Shown here piece after piece: positions 18,701-26,808 of a DNA stretch of 31,356 nucleotides (positions are counted from its first letter, which is position 1; each line of letters begins with the position of its first letter). The stretch spans positions 1 to 31,356 of the forward strand of contig JAQCAN010000001.1 in assembly GCA_027621335.1 (NCBI GenBank), given 5' to 3'. The stretch comes from Bacteroidota bacterium. GTDB lineage: Bacteria; Bacteroidota; Bacteroidia; Flavobacteriales_D; JABDKJ01. Position numbers and translations under genes: made by a program. Below the pieces are notes generated by a model. It made no database searches. It saw only the letters and a program-made list of their open reading frames with translations, and was not told the origin of the DNA.

Positions 18701-19256
18701 GGATGAGGGTCTGAGTAATGGGCAGCCCTGGTCCATTGAAGTTTAGACTCGCATTTCCATTACAGAGGCTGCAAGCACTCGGGATGGTAGAATCCAACAC
18801 CAAGGTCGCTGAGCATGGCTCAGGCTCACCACAATAGATGACGCCTTCAAATCCATCAGAGGTGACAATACTCCCTGTACTGAAATTTATGGTCAGACAA
18901 GGCCCAGTGGAGGTCACAGTGAATATCTGCGTTCCATCGAACGGGGACCCTGGAAAAGGTGTGGAAGAGGTCGTAGGGCCATCGAATATGAAGATTTGAT
19001 CGAAATTCTCCTCTGTGTCGATGGTGAAATCTATAGAAAGAGGCTCTCCAGGTGAGGAAGAACAGAAGGTGACTACATAATCCTCATCATTCAGGTAGTC
19101 CCCATTGGGCCCTCCTGAATCATAAAAAGTGCCTGAACAAGTTACAATGCCATTGCCATCAATACCATCATCCAAGATATAGACCTGTGACAGCAAGGAT
19201 GAACTGATTAGGAAGAAGACCGAGGAAAGAAAAATGGGAAAATATACTCTGTTCAA
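15720..19256 (-). CDS. Large T9SS cargo/adhesin: signal peptide, CUB-like domain, SprB-like module, 7 Ig-like repeats, PKD-like domains, type-B (gliding-motility-associated) C-terminal domain
   Basis: CUB-like CSGTFYDSGG...YVVTFC. C-terminal VFVPDAFTPDNDRVNDYF...QIYDRMG..VW...W.G...DGVYTW...GMVTIVR. TTG start downstream of TACCTTTG. Confidence 0.88.
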   Translation of the reverse strand: MNRVYFPIFLSSVFFLISSSLLSQVYILDDGIDGNGIVTCSGTFYDSGGPNGDYLNDEDYVVTFCSSSPGEPLSIDFTIDTEENFDQIFIFDGPTTSSTPFPGSPFDGTQIFTVTSTGPCLTINFSTGSIVTSDGFEGVIYCGEPEPCSATLVLDSTIPSACSLCNGNASLNFNGPGLPITQTLIQNGTILVDGLSATGQIDFGALCPGDYTVEVEAADGCLYEQDFNIPSVNSPAVTVVSASDFCLGEQSEIVLELTGTGPWLLGFLLNGIPQGNISIPSSPFTFFLDQSAIITLTNLEDSNCSIPIDIEFDVNQIPGPTASCFGDLAFCLGGSADIVIDLVGTSPWIISYTLDGLPQPDIITSDNPYILVADVPGLYELTGVVDGFCTGIGDGTVLVEEVTAPVATLSGGGDYCLNDGTLPPLDLDIIGQGPFTLTYSIDGVVQAPIQVPNNFSSLDVPGPGLYELISVSSGSCIGTVSGQALVNALPEPTIALTNGPDFEFCLGENVDLEFEFTGTGPWTVQYFIDFGNIVTFTADVSPFSLNVDEPGLYQIFTVDDQVCSSFIGPLFQVTQSPTPTATLIEDVQICPGGSANVPVLLSDNETYDLTYALNGTVQESITVTGPEAQLLIDEAGFVSLVSLSQGTCQGVVFGFIDVTEAALPEASLNGDIAFCEGDVGTVQLDLIGQGPWTLEYSINNGTALQETALASPALIQVNEPGTFQLIGIADANCSAPIADEISLTQNSLPLATLSGDAVICQGTDTDIQIDFVGTPPFSASITLDGLPFSTFNAVSGDTTITVSEAGLYSIALVTDADCQNSGAGTALIGFIEAPQLDLPLDTSLCIGESITVTVSAEGGAGGPYGFTWVDGGDLIQGASITLTPSQTQSLELIYTDACAFPYSQFIAINVFQNPVVELGNGSSVLCGQTEVLLDTEPTLSQVGEDCTWIIGLDTIQGCQALTYVFTDTGIYDVSLSVTTQQGCGSETEYPGLITINGAPLADFTYSPFEPTSIENIVTFIDLSQNAVAYEWYLDSILFSQNASPSLFFPEQETTEFWNVCQVVTTEEGCTDTLCQSIKVQGELAVFVPDAFTPDNDRVNDYFYPRITGASEEEYLFQIYDRMGSLVWETAELNGKWSGEGANGSDYFTRDGVYTWRMEVKLKNSVDKRLFQGMVTIVR
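16761..18557 (-). repeat. Seven tandem 85-87 aa Ig-like repeats, each with a conserved Cys pair
   Basis: aa 234-832. Consensus P.AtL.gd..fC.G....i.l.l.G.gPw.l.Y.idG......sp..l.v..pG.y.l..v.D..C. Diverged at the DNA level. Confidence 0.85.
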
Positions 19257-19276
19257 GACCTACTAACTATATACGG

Positions 19277-19284
19277 CAAAGGTA
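19277..19284 (-). promoter_or_regulatory. -7 promoter element TACCTTTG for the T9SS cargo gene
   Basis: Exact consensus, 20 nt upstream of the TTG start at 19256. Confidence 0.6.
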
Positions 19285-19410
19285 TCCATTTACCTAGGCC
19301 ATATCATGGATTCAGCGATCTTCGATACGGTCTTGGGCATTCCAAGAATGGGTCTTCTTGAATGATGTTGAAGGGGGGCAATTCGCTTGGCAAAGGGATA
19401 GTTTGCCAGA

Positions 19411-20126
19411 TCAGAAATTGCTTTCTATTACAAAGGCGATGATCTCAGCCCATGCGAGCTGTTGATCGGCATCAGCATGCAGTTCATCCTCGGGGGTATA
19501 GGCGCCAGCATTCTCATATAGAGCTCCGCTGATGGGGAAGATATCAGCGAGGTTGACACCTGCTAGATCTGCCTCTTCTGCAATAATGCTATTCATGGCC
19601 ATGAGGGTCGTCTCAGCCTGTGCTTCAGTTCCCGCTGATGCCGGAAGCCCAGGAGCTGATGAGTAATTGGGTAAGGTCACGCAGGTTACGCGATGTGTGT
19701 TGCCGGTCAAAGTGACCGCTTTTGTGATGAGTGAACGGTAGTCTGCCCTGAACTCTTCCAATGATCTTCCTTCGAAATGGTCTTGTGCTCCCACCATGAT
19801 GGTAGCTACATTCTTACAGGTGGGATTATTGGAGTTCAGAGCTGCATTCAAGTCTAGGCTGGTAGCATCCACCGCTCCGAAGACACTGAAATCAGTGACC
19901 TGATATCCTTGGTCTTCCAATTGGCCGACCACAATGGAAGGCCAAGCTTCAGTTGGCTCCAAGTAAATACCACTACTAAACCGTCCCCGATGGCTACGAA
20001 GTGGAGAGTGGTGTTGAAATCAATGCCACAAGGATTGATGACGAGTTCTTTCTTATCGTCCTTTTTACAAGCTGCAATGAGCAGTAAGGAGAAGAGGATG
20101 GTGGTGAGGGGGCGAAGGGTCGTCAT
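19411..20126 (-). pseudogene. Frameshifted SGNH/GDSL-family lipoprotein (two ORF halves, 19854-20126 and 19411-19962)
   Basis: Lipobox IAA-C followed by KKDD. The first frame reads FVAIGDG and then goes out of frame. One extra T in the TTT run (plus strand 19978-19980) restores GDGFSSGIYLEPTEAWP and a 238-aa protein with C-terminal DELH. Confidence 0.8.
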
Positions 20127-20133
20127 AGCTATT

Positions 20134-20174
20134 CAATAAAGATGGCCCCTTGCATTATGAATACAAGAGGCCAT
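20134..20174 (-). terminator. Intrinsic terminator of the porG-uppS-bamA-skp-skp operon
   Basis: Minus strand ATGGCCTCTTGTATT-CAT-AATGCAAGGGGCCAT forms a 15-bp stem with two U-G wobbles (paired only on this strand), followed by CTTTATT. Confidence 0.7.
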
Positions 20175-20202
20175 TCCAATACGTTTTTCTGGGTCATTAG
20201 GG

Positions 20203-20709
20203 TCACCCTGTGATGCCCAACTTGGTCTTCACCATTTGAGAGACATCTTGTCCATTCTGGAAGACCACCGCTCCAGAACCTAGGTCGAAGATGTATACGA
20301 ATCCATTCTCGGTCCCTACTTCGTCAATGGCTCTTTGAAGCTTTTCCAACATAGGCTGCACCAAGGCTTCTTCCTCGGCGACCAAGTCATTCTGTGCATT
20401 GTTCCTGAATTCCTGAATGCGTTTCTCCAGTTCTATGATTTCACCACGCATATCTTCCACGGTGGACTGAGGGGTATCCTCGGTCAACGCTTGGAAGGCT
20501 TGGATCTTAGTCTGATACTCAGTGGTGAGTACGCCTAGACGATCTTCTAACTGCTTGCTCATAGCTGTGATCTTAGCCTCAGCATCAGCGCGTTCGGGCA
20601 TCAACATGAGCAGCTCTTGTGTATTCACATGACCGAATTTCATTTGGTCTTGTGCGAATGTACTCAGGCTCAAGCCCAGCACTGCGATTACGAGTAGTAC
20701 CTTTTTCAT
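20203..20709 (-). CDS. skp: OmpH/Skp periplasmic chaperone (second copy)
   Basis: Signal peptide MKKVLLVIAV...AQ, KFGHVNTQELL, coiled-coil body, and C-terminal FVYIFD...DVSQMVKTKLG. Start moved to ATG 20709. Confidence 0.9.
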   Translation of the reverse strand: MKKVLLVIAVLGLSLSTFAQDQMKFGHVNTQELLMLMPERADAEAKITAMSKQLEDRLGVLTTEYQTKIQAFQALTEDTPQSTVEDMRGEIIELEKRIQEFRNNAQNDLVAEEEALVQPMLEKLQRAIDEVGTENGFVYIFDLGSGAVVFQNGQDVSQMVKTKLGITG

Positions 20710-20740
20710 TGTTTGATTCACTATGTTGTTTGTCTAATAA

Positions 20741-21370
20741 TTATTTGCCTCGAGTGCCACCGACTGAGCTTCCTCCATCTTGTGGAGTGGATTCTTTGAC
20801 CGGTGCGGAACCACCATCTGTATCCTCACTCTCTTGGTTGTTCTCTCCTGGGCGAATGCCCATCTTCCTGAGGACTTTATCGCTCTTGTCATACTTGGGA
20901 TTGGCATAGAGCACACCGGCTTCCCCTGATTTATCGAAGATGGCCTCATAGCCATTCTCGTTGGCATATTCCCTTATGGCTACGAATATCTTCTCTTGGA
21001 CAGGCTGTATCAATTCTTGACGCTTCTTGAAGAGGTCGCCTTCTACTCCGAACCTCTGCTTCTGAAGGTTTTTGGCCTCCGTCTCCTTACGGACGATCTC
21101 TTCTTCTCGTTTCTGCCTCATTTCTTCAGTCAGGAGGACCGCCTCTGCCTGATAGCTCTTATAAAGTCTTTCTATGGAGGCATAACGCTCTTCTATCTCT
21201 TTTTGCCATTCAGCAGAGGCGCTGTTCAATTCGTTCTGGGCCTGACTGTAATCCGGCATATTTTCCAAGATGTACTTTGTGTCCACAAAAGCGAATTTCA
21301 TCTGAGCTTTCGCTTCCGATGACGCCATTAGAAGAGCGAATACGAAGGCGGTTCTGAATAAGGTTTTCAT
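20741..21370 (-). CDS. skp: OmpH/Skp periplasmic chaperone (first copy)
   Basis: KFAFVDTKYILENMPDY, KRFGVEGDLFKKRQELIQPVQEKI and YEAIFDK...YDKSDKVL. Start at ATG 21370 or 21379; the track start overlaps bamA. Confidence 0.9.
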   Translation of the reverse strand: MKTLFRTAFVFALLMASSEAKAQMKFAFVDTKYILENMPDYSQAQNELNSASAEWQKEIEERYASIERLYKSYQAEAVLLTEEMRQKREEEIVRKETEAKNLQKQRFGVEGDLFKKRQELIQPVQEKIFVAIREYANENGYEAIFDKSGEAGVLYANPKYDKSDKVLRKMGIRPGENNQESEDTDGGSAPVKESTPQDGGSSVGGTRGK

Positions 21371-21401
21371 AGCATTCATGGGGCTAAGGTAAGTCATTGG
21401 A

Positions 21402-23927
21402 TCACAGTTCTCCAAGATTCATGCCAATGGTGAAGTGGAATTGTCCGCGCGGCATGGTCGGGTTGGTTTCCACGTCATCGAAGCGCCAACCGTAGTCCAG
21501 ACCCATCAGTCCGAACATAGGTAGGAAGATTCGAAGTCCAACTCCAGCAGACCGTTTCACTGCGAAAGGTTGGTAATTGACGAAGTCATCCCAGGTATTT
21601 CCAGCCTCCAAGAAAGTCAAGCCATAGATGGTCGCATTCGGATTCGGAGAGACCAGATATCGCAATTCCATAGTGTACTTATTGATGAAGGTCGCTCCAG
21701 TGCGTGGGGATAGCGAAAGGTCATCATAACCCCTTAAGGCAATGATCTCACGTCCATCTAACTGGAATCCTGTCAAGGCCGATCCGCCCAGATAGAACCG
21801 TTCGAAAGGTGAGTCTCCGATTCCTTTATCAAAATTACCGAGGTAGCCCAGTCCCACCTTGGTGAAGAGGACTAACCTGTTATTCTCTTCTTCATCTTGT
21901 TTACCAAGTGGCGTGTACCACTCGGTGGTGAATTTCCATTTATGGTATTCAGCCCAAAGGAACTTCTCTTGGTCGCTCAATCCTGAGTAGTCCTTGTCAT
22001 TGTCCCACCAGTGCCGCACCGCGATAGGAGTGATTCGTGTTGTGAGTCCCACCTTGCTTCCACCTGAAGGAAAGATGGGGTTGCCAGCTCTGGAGTCCCT
22101 TACCAATGAGGCCGTAATGGCCAAGTTGTTGGAATATCCGTCAGCGAAGGTGAAGATGGATCCGAAATTCGTCAGGTCATAATACTGATAGCTCAGCGTG
22201 GTGTATAGCTGGAACCAGTCGTCTGGAATTTGGAGTCTTTTTCCGAAACCGATGGATCCACCCAAAATCTGCAATTGCTGGCGCGAAGGATTATTGATCT
22301 CCCCTTGATCGGTCACGATGGTGCGTTGAGCCCCATTGCTCTGTACAGAATACTGGGCAGAAACGGAAAAGGAATTAGGCCTCCGGCCTCCCAGCCAAGG
22401 CTCCACAAAGGACATGGAGTAAGCTTGGAAGAACTGTCCATTGGTCTGTGCCCTCACACTCAACTTCTGTCCATCTCCTTTGGGGACGGGGCGCCAAGCT
22501 CCTTTGCTGAACACGTTACGCATGGAGAAGTTATTGAAGCTAACTCCAAAGGTTCCTACTACGCGGCCAGCTCCCCAACCTCCTTGGAGTTCTATCTGGT
22601 CGGATGGTTTTTCTTCAACTTGGTACTCGATATCTACGGTTCCATTAACGGGGTCCTGCTTAGGATTCACTCCAAATCCCTCTGGGTTGAAATATCCGAG
22701 CTGAGCTAATTCTCTTTGGGTTCGGATGATGTCCGATCGGCTGAACAGGTCACCGGGGCGCGTGCGGATCTCACGCATGATGACGTGGTCGTTGGTGATG
22801 GTATTCCCTTCCACGGTCACGCTGCTGATTCGATACTGTTTGCCTTCATAGATCCTCACCTCGATATCTATGGTGTCATTGAAGACCTTGATCTCCACAG
22901 GGTTGGCGCTGAAGGAGAGATACCCATTGTCCAAGTAGAGTGAACTCACGTCATCTCCATTCTGGCTCATGAAGAGTCGTTCCTCCAACTTCACCCGGTT
23001 GTATACTTCTCCCTTAGAGATGCCAAGTCGGTTGGCCAATATGTCGGTCTTATACTTTGTGTTGCCGAGCCAGGTGATGTCTCCGAAGTAGAACTGATTA
23101 CCTTCCTTGATGGCGATATCGATGCCCACGAGGCTACCATTCACCCTATACACGCTGTCTTTGCTGATTTTCGAATTCCTATACCCCTTCTCGTTGTATT
23201 TCGCCACGATGCGCTCGACATCTTCCTCAAAGTCTTTTTCTAGATACTTCGATCGTTTGAAGACATGATAGAAGGCTTTCTCCTTCGTATTCTTCATGAA
23301 ACGCTTCAGCTTCTTATCTGAAAAGGCCGTGTTCCCTTGGAAGTTGATAGCCTGTACCTTCACCTTCTCGTATTTCTTCACGTAGATGTCCAAGGTGACA
23401 CTGTTCAGCATCAGGGTGTCTTTGGATTCCTTGATGTCCACTGTGGTGTTCAGGTAGCCCTTATTGACAAAGTAATTCTTCACAGTATTGGCCGTATTCG
23501 TCTTCAGGTTCTCATTGACGATCTTTCCTCTGACCAAGCTCACTTCATCTCTCAGATTGTCATCTTCTGACTTGGTGGTGCCGTAGAACTTGAACTTTCC
23601 GAGGCGATTGCGTTCTTCTACTTCTATGACCAAGAAAATGGTCTCTCCGCGGATGTCGGCCACTCCGATCTCTACATCGGCAAAGAGGGATTGGTCCCAG
23701 AGGTTCTTGATGGCCTTCGGCAGACGTTCACCAGGTACAGTGATGCGGTCTCCTTCCTTCAATCCTGCATATAGCTTTATGGCCTGTACATCAGTGGTCA
23801 CAGCGCCTATGACAGTGATGCCACCTATGGTGTAGTCCTTGGGACGACTCAGGTCGAACTGCGCCTGAAGGGGCAGTTGACAGATGAACAGGCATAGAAG
23901 GGGGAGTAGGAAAGTAAGACGTTTCAA
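21402..23927 (-). CDS. bamA: Outer membrane protein assembly factor BamA (Omp85)
   Basis: N-terminal POTRA-type repeats (GNTAFSDKKL, GNTITNDHVIMRE, RTQRELAQLGYF), VEEKPSDQI, barrel with IIALRGY (VRGF-equivalent) and FLEAGNTW. TTG start overlaps the uppS stop. Confidence 0.95.
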   Translation of the reverse strand: MKRLTFLLPLLCLFICQLPLQAQFDLSRPKDYTIGGITVIGAVTTDVQAIKLYAGLKEGDRITVPGERLPKAIKNLWDQSLFADVEIGVADIRGETIFLVIEVEERNRLGKFKFYGTTKSEDDNLRDEVSLVRGKIVNENLKTNTANTVKNYFVNKGYLNTTVDIKESKDTLMLNSVTLDIYVKKYEKVKVQAINFQGNTAFSDKKLKRFMKNTKEKAFYHVFKRSKYLEKDFEEDVERIVAKYNEKGYRNSKISKDSVYRVNGSLVGIDIAIKEGNQFYFGDITWLGNTKYKTDILANRLGISKGEVYNRVKLEERLFMSQNGDDVSSLYLDNGYLSFSANPVEIKVFNDTIDIEVRIYEGKQYRISSVTVEGNTITNDHVIMREIRTRPGDLFSRSDIIRTQRELAQLGYFNPEGFGVNPKQDPVNGTVDIEYQVEEKPSDQIELQGGWGAGRVVGTFGVSFNNFSMRNVFSKGAWRPVPKGDGQKLSVRAQTNGQFFQAYSMSFVEPWLGGRRPNSFSVSAQYSVQSNGAQRTIVTDQGEINNPSRQQLQILGGSIGFGKRLQIPDDWFQLYTTLSYQYYDLTNFGSIFTFADGYSNNLAITASLVRDSRAGNPIFPSGGSKVGLTTRITPIAVRHWWDNDKDYSGLSDQEKFLWAEYHKWKFTTEWYTPLGKQDEEENNRLVLFTKVGLGYLGNFDKGIGDSPFERFYLGGSALTGFQLDGREIIALRGYDDLSLSPRTGATFINKYTMELRYLVSPNPNATIYGLTFLEAGNTWDDFVNYQPFAVKRSAGVGLRIFLPMFGLMGLDYGWRFDDVETNPTMPRGQFHFTIGMNLGEL

Positions 23928-24667
23928 TGGGTTTTGATTTGCTCGGAGACCTTTCCGAATCTGCGTTCTCTATTCTGATATTCTAAGATAGCCTCTCTGA
24001 AGTTCTCCTTGCGGAAGTCAGGCCAATTAACTGGACTGAAATACAATTCTGCATAGGCGATCTGCCAAAGCAGGAAATTGCTGATGCGCTGCTCACCACT
24101 CGTTCTGATGAGCAGCTCTGGATCGGGGATACCGGCCGTACTTAGAGAAGAAGAGATGCTTTCAGCGGTGATATCCTCCGGCTCCATCCGACCTTCTTTG
24201 ACGGCCTGGGCTATTTTCTTCATGCCGGCCACAAGTTCCCAGCGGGCGCTGTAACTCAGAGCCAAGATGAGGGTGATGCGGTCGTTCTTACTTGTTTGTT
24301 CAATACCTTCTTTCAAGGCCAGTTGGCACTGCTCAGGAAGGCTTTCCAGATCCCCGATGGCCATAAGGCGCACGCTGTTGTCGTTCAGGTCATTGACCTC
24401 ATTGAGGATGGTGTCAACCAAGAGGTTCATAAGAGCTTCCACCTCTTCCTTCGGGCGGTTCCAATTTTCGGTACTGAAAGCATAAAGGGTCAAGTATTTG
24501 ACACCAAGTTCAGTGGCGGCCTTCAAGGCTTCCCTGACCGATTCCACACCATTCATATGGCCGTAGATTCTCACCTGCCCTTGGTCTTTGGCCCAACGGC
24601 CGTTGCCATCCATTATGACGGCTACGTGCTCAGGTATGTTTTCTAGGTCTATGTCCATCTGTGTCAT
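23924..24667 (-). CDS. uppS: Undecaprenyl diphosphate synthase (cis-prenyltransferase)
   Basis: HVAVIMDGNGRWA, YAFSTENWNRP, LALSYSAR and PELLIRTSGEQRISNFLLWQIAYAE. Confidence 0.97.
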   Translation of the reverse strand: MTQMDIDLENIPEHVAVIMDGNGRWAKDQGQVRIYGHMNGVESVREALKAATELGVKYLTLYAFSTENWNRPKEEVEALMNLLVDTILNEVNDLNDNSVRLMAIGDLESLPEQCQLALKEGIEQTSKNDRITLILALSYSARWELVAGMKKIAQAVKEGRMEPEDITAESISSSLSTAGIPDPELLIRTSGEQRISNFLLWQIAYAELYFSPVNWPDFRKENFREAILEYQNRERRFGKVSEQIKTH

Positions 24668-24698
24668 TAGGCCATGCCGAATCAGCTTGGCTAAACAG

Positions 24699-24706
24699 CA
24701 AAGGTA
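24699..24706 (-). promoter_or_regulatory. -7 promoter element TACCTTTG (internal promoter for uppS-bamA-skp)
   Basis: Exact consensus in the 54-bp gap between porG and uppS. Confidence 0.55.
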
Positions 24707-24721
24707 TTCAATCCTTACTTG

Positions 24722-25558
24722 CTATCTCCAACATCCATTGCTGTCCTTTCCGAGTCGGACAGTAAGGATGAGACCAGTATAAATGTAGTAATCACGGGTT
24801 TCGGGATCCCCCCGTTGCATACCAGTATTCACGCCTCCAGGTCCTACCGGTACAATGGTCCTGTCTGCCAATGTCCTTCCAAGGTCCCCGGATTGTTGTC
24901 GGATGAGGTCGGGGTCAGCATAGAAACCACTTACATCATCAAGGTAGTCTGTAAAGGTTCGTCTGATACCCCATTCTATGTTCAAGGCCAGGCGGTCAGA
25001 AAATCCAGCCTTTACACCTAGCCCTATCGGAATGGCCACTTGACCTTTCTTATAGGGTTTAGGGCCATTGGCCGATCCTTGACCTTCCGTGCCCAGAGGG
25101 ATTAATTCGAAGTAGTTCCCGTCCAATTCTGACTCGGGATTGAAGTTGAAATAGGCTAGCCCACCGAAAATGTAGGGAGTGAATCCTTGTCCAATGCGAC
25201 CAAGACGGTAATCATAGAAATTGATCTCGAGGATAACTGAAGCTTCAGTCAGGTCCGTCCTGAAATTCAAATTCCTGTTCACCAGATCCGCTTGTGTATT
25301 ATCTGAATCGAAAGCCTCCAGTTCCATTCGCATCAATTGGAAACGCAATGCGTGACGTTGTGTCATATTGTAACGGTACATAGCCCCGAAGGCCAGTTTC
25401 TTCCGTTCCCCGAAATGAGTGTCTGGATTGATATCTCCGATGTAATAGCTATACCCTATTGTGACTCCCAGCTCTGCATAGGGGTCCACAGGGCGCTGAG
25501 CATGGCTCTGAATGGCCATGGACCATGAGATGAAAGTTATAAGGAAGTAGCGCTGCAT
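24722..25558 (-). CDS. porG: DUF6089/PorG-type outer membrane beta-barrel (T9SS-associated)
   Basis: SYYIGDIN, RNLNF, TPYIFGGLAYFNFNP, LGTEGQG and TFTDYLDD; sits directly upstream of uppS-bamA-skp-skp, as porG does in Porphyromonas. Start moved to ATG 25558. Confidence 0.7.
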   Translation of the reverse strand: MQRYFLITFISWSMAIQSHAQRPVDPYAELGVTIGYSYYIGDINPDTHFGERKKLAFGAMYRYNMTQRHALRFQLMRMELEAFDSDNTQADLVNRNLNFRTDLTEASVILEINFYDYRLGRIGQGFTPYIFGGLAYFNFNPESELDGNYFELIPLGTEGQGSANGPKPYKKGQVAIPIGLGVKAGFSDRLALNIEWGIRRTFTDYLDDVSGFYADPDLIRQQSGDLGRTLADRTIVPVGPGGVNTGMQRGDPETRDYYIYTGLILTVRLGKDSNGCWR

Positions 25559-25566
25559 CTTGTTTA

Positions 25567-25648
25567 CAAAGGTAAACAAGGGTAATTATTGCTTTTACCA
25601 TTCGGTGGTTACTTTCTCTAGATCCCTAAGTGGGAGTCTTTACCTTTG
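25567..25648. promoter_or_regulatory. Back-to-back -7 elements TACCTTTG: minus 25567-25574 (porG) and plus 25641-25648 (purK)
   Basis: Two exact consensus matches pointing away from each other, 8 and 5 nt before the respective ATGs. Confidence 0.65.
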
Positions 25649-25653
25649 GCCCC

Positions 25654-26790
25654 ATGAGAAAAGTGGCCGTACTTGGAGGTGGGCAATTAGGCATGATGAT
25701 GCAAGAAGCCTCCGCGAATCTTCCTTTGGAACTCCATTTCCTAGACCCTGATTCCCAGTGTTCGGTCGCTTCACTGACCCCTCATCTCGTGGAGGGCTCC
25801 TTCACTGATGAAAGCACTGTGATGGACTTCTGTAGGGATATGGACCTCATCACCGTGGAAATCGAACATGTGAACCTCAATGCCCTACATACCTTGGTCG
25901 CAATGGGAAAGGAAGTCTATCCACAACCCACTATCTTGGATACGATCATAGATAAGGGCCTGCAGAAAGAATTCTTCGATTCGCATGGCTTCCCGACTGC
26001 GCCCTATGAGCTCTTGAATTCGGGACATGAAGCGCTGGAAAGAGGATGGATTCCTCCATTTGTGCTCAAGTCAAGAACTGGCGGTTATGATGGAAAAGGC
26101 GTCCAGATCATAAGGAATGAGGAAGACATGGCTAGAGCATTTCAAGGACCTTGCGTCATAGAGGCCATGGCTCCCATCCAAAAGGAACTAGCAGTCATTG
26201 CCTCACGTGATGTGCATGGCAAGGTGAGCACCTTTCCCTTAGTTGAAATGGATTTCGATCCCGATTTGAACCTGGTCAGGGCCTTATTCAGTCCGGCACA
26301 GGTCAGTAAAGAGATTTCTCAAGCGGCTAAGTCCATTGCAAAGCGTTTGGTAGAGGAATGGGAACTGGTCGGGAATCTGGCTGTGGAGTTCTTCTTGAAT
26401 GAGAATGGGAGCCTCTGGGTCAATGAAGTGGCACCCCGACCGCACAATAGTGGACATCACACTATTGAGGCCAACGAAACTTCTCAGTTCGAGCAGCACC
26501 TGAGAGCCATTGCGGGACTAGGGCTTGGGTCCACAGCGCTGAAACGGCCAGCGGCCATGGTGAATATATTGGGGGCCCCTGGTCATTCAGGAAAGGCCAT
26601 CTTACGGCATAAAGAGCTTTTGAAGGGTGATAAGGAGGTCTTCCTTCACGAGTATCATAAATCAGAGACACGCCCTGGACGCAAGATGGCTCACCTCACC
26701 GTGTGTGCTGACAGCTCCGAGGCCGCTTTGAAAAAGGCTTTGGAATTAGGGGCTGAATTGAGCTATGAGGCCGAGTCCAGCTCATCATAA
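25654..26790 (+). CDS. purK: N5-carboxyaminoimidazole ribonucleotide synthase (ATP-grasp)
   Basis: VAVLGGGQLG, ITVEIEHV, DKGLQK, GGYDGKG, NEVAPRPHNSGHHT, SQFEQHLRAI and GRKMAH. Start moved to ATG 25654. Confidence 0.96.
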   Translation: MRKVAVLGGGQLGMMMQEASANLPLELHFLDPDSQCSVASLTPHLVEGSFTDESTVMDFCRDMDLITVEIEHVNLNALHTLVAMGKEVYPQPTILDTIIDKGLQKEFFDSHGFPTAPYELLNSGHEALERGWIPPFVLKSRTGGYDGKGVQIIRNEEDMARAFQGPCVIEAMAPIQKELAVIASRDVHGKVSTFPLVEMDFDPDLNLVRALFSPAQVSKEISQAAKSIAKRLVEEWELVGNLAVEFFLNENGSLWVNEVAPRPHNSGHHTIEANETSQFEQHLRAIAGLGLGSTALKRPAAMVNILGAPGHSGKAILRHKELLKGDKEVFLHEYHKSETRPGRKMAHLTVCADSSEAALKKALELGAELSYEAESSSS

Positions 26791-26808
26791 TTCTTACATT
26801 TACCCTGT

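Noticed and set aside
19388-19408. Inverted repeat TGGCAAA-N7-TTTGCCA after the SGNH stop
   Set aside because: 7-bp stem with no U-tract on either strand; too weak to call a terminator.
19854-20126. 90-aa ORF as a stand-alone small lipoprotein
   Set aside because: Better explained as the N-terminal half of the frameshifted SGNH gene; its tail is out-of-frame sequence.
20741-20850. Low-complexity acidic/Gly tail on the first Skp
   Set aside because: Short, variable, disordered tails are unremarkable, and there is no further support for a function.
21994-23835. Several plus-strand ORFs (up to 159 aa) opposite bamA
   Set aside because: Antisense shadows with no start context or protein-like motifs.
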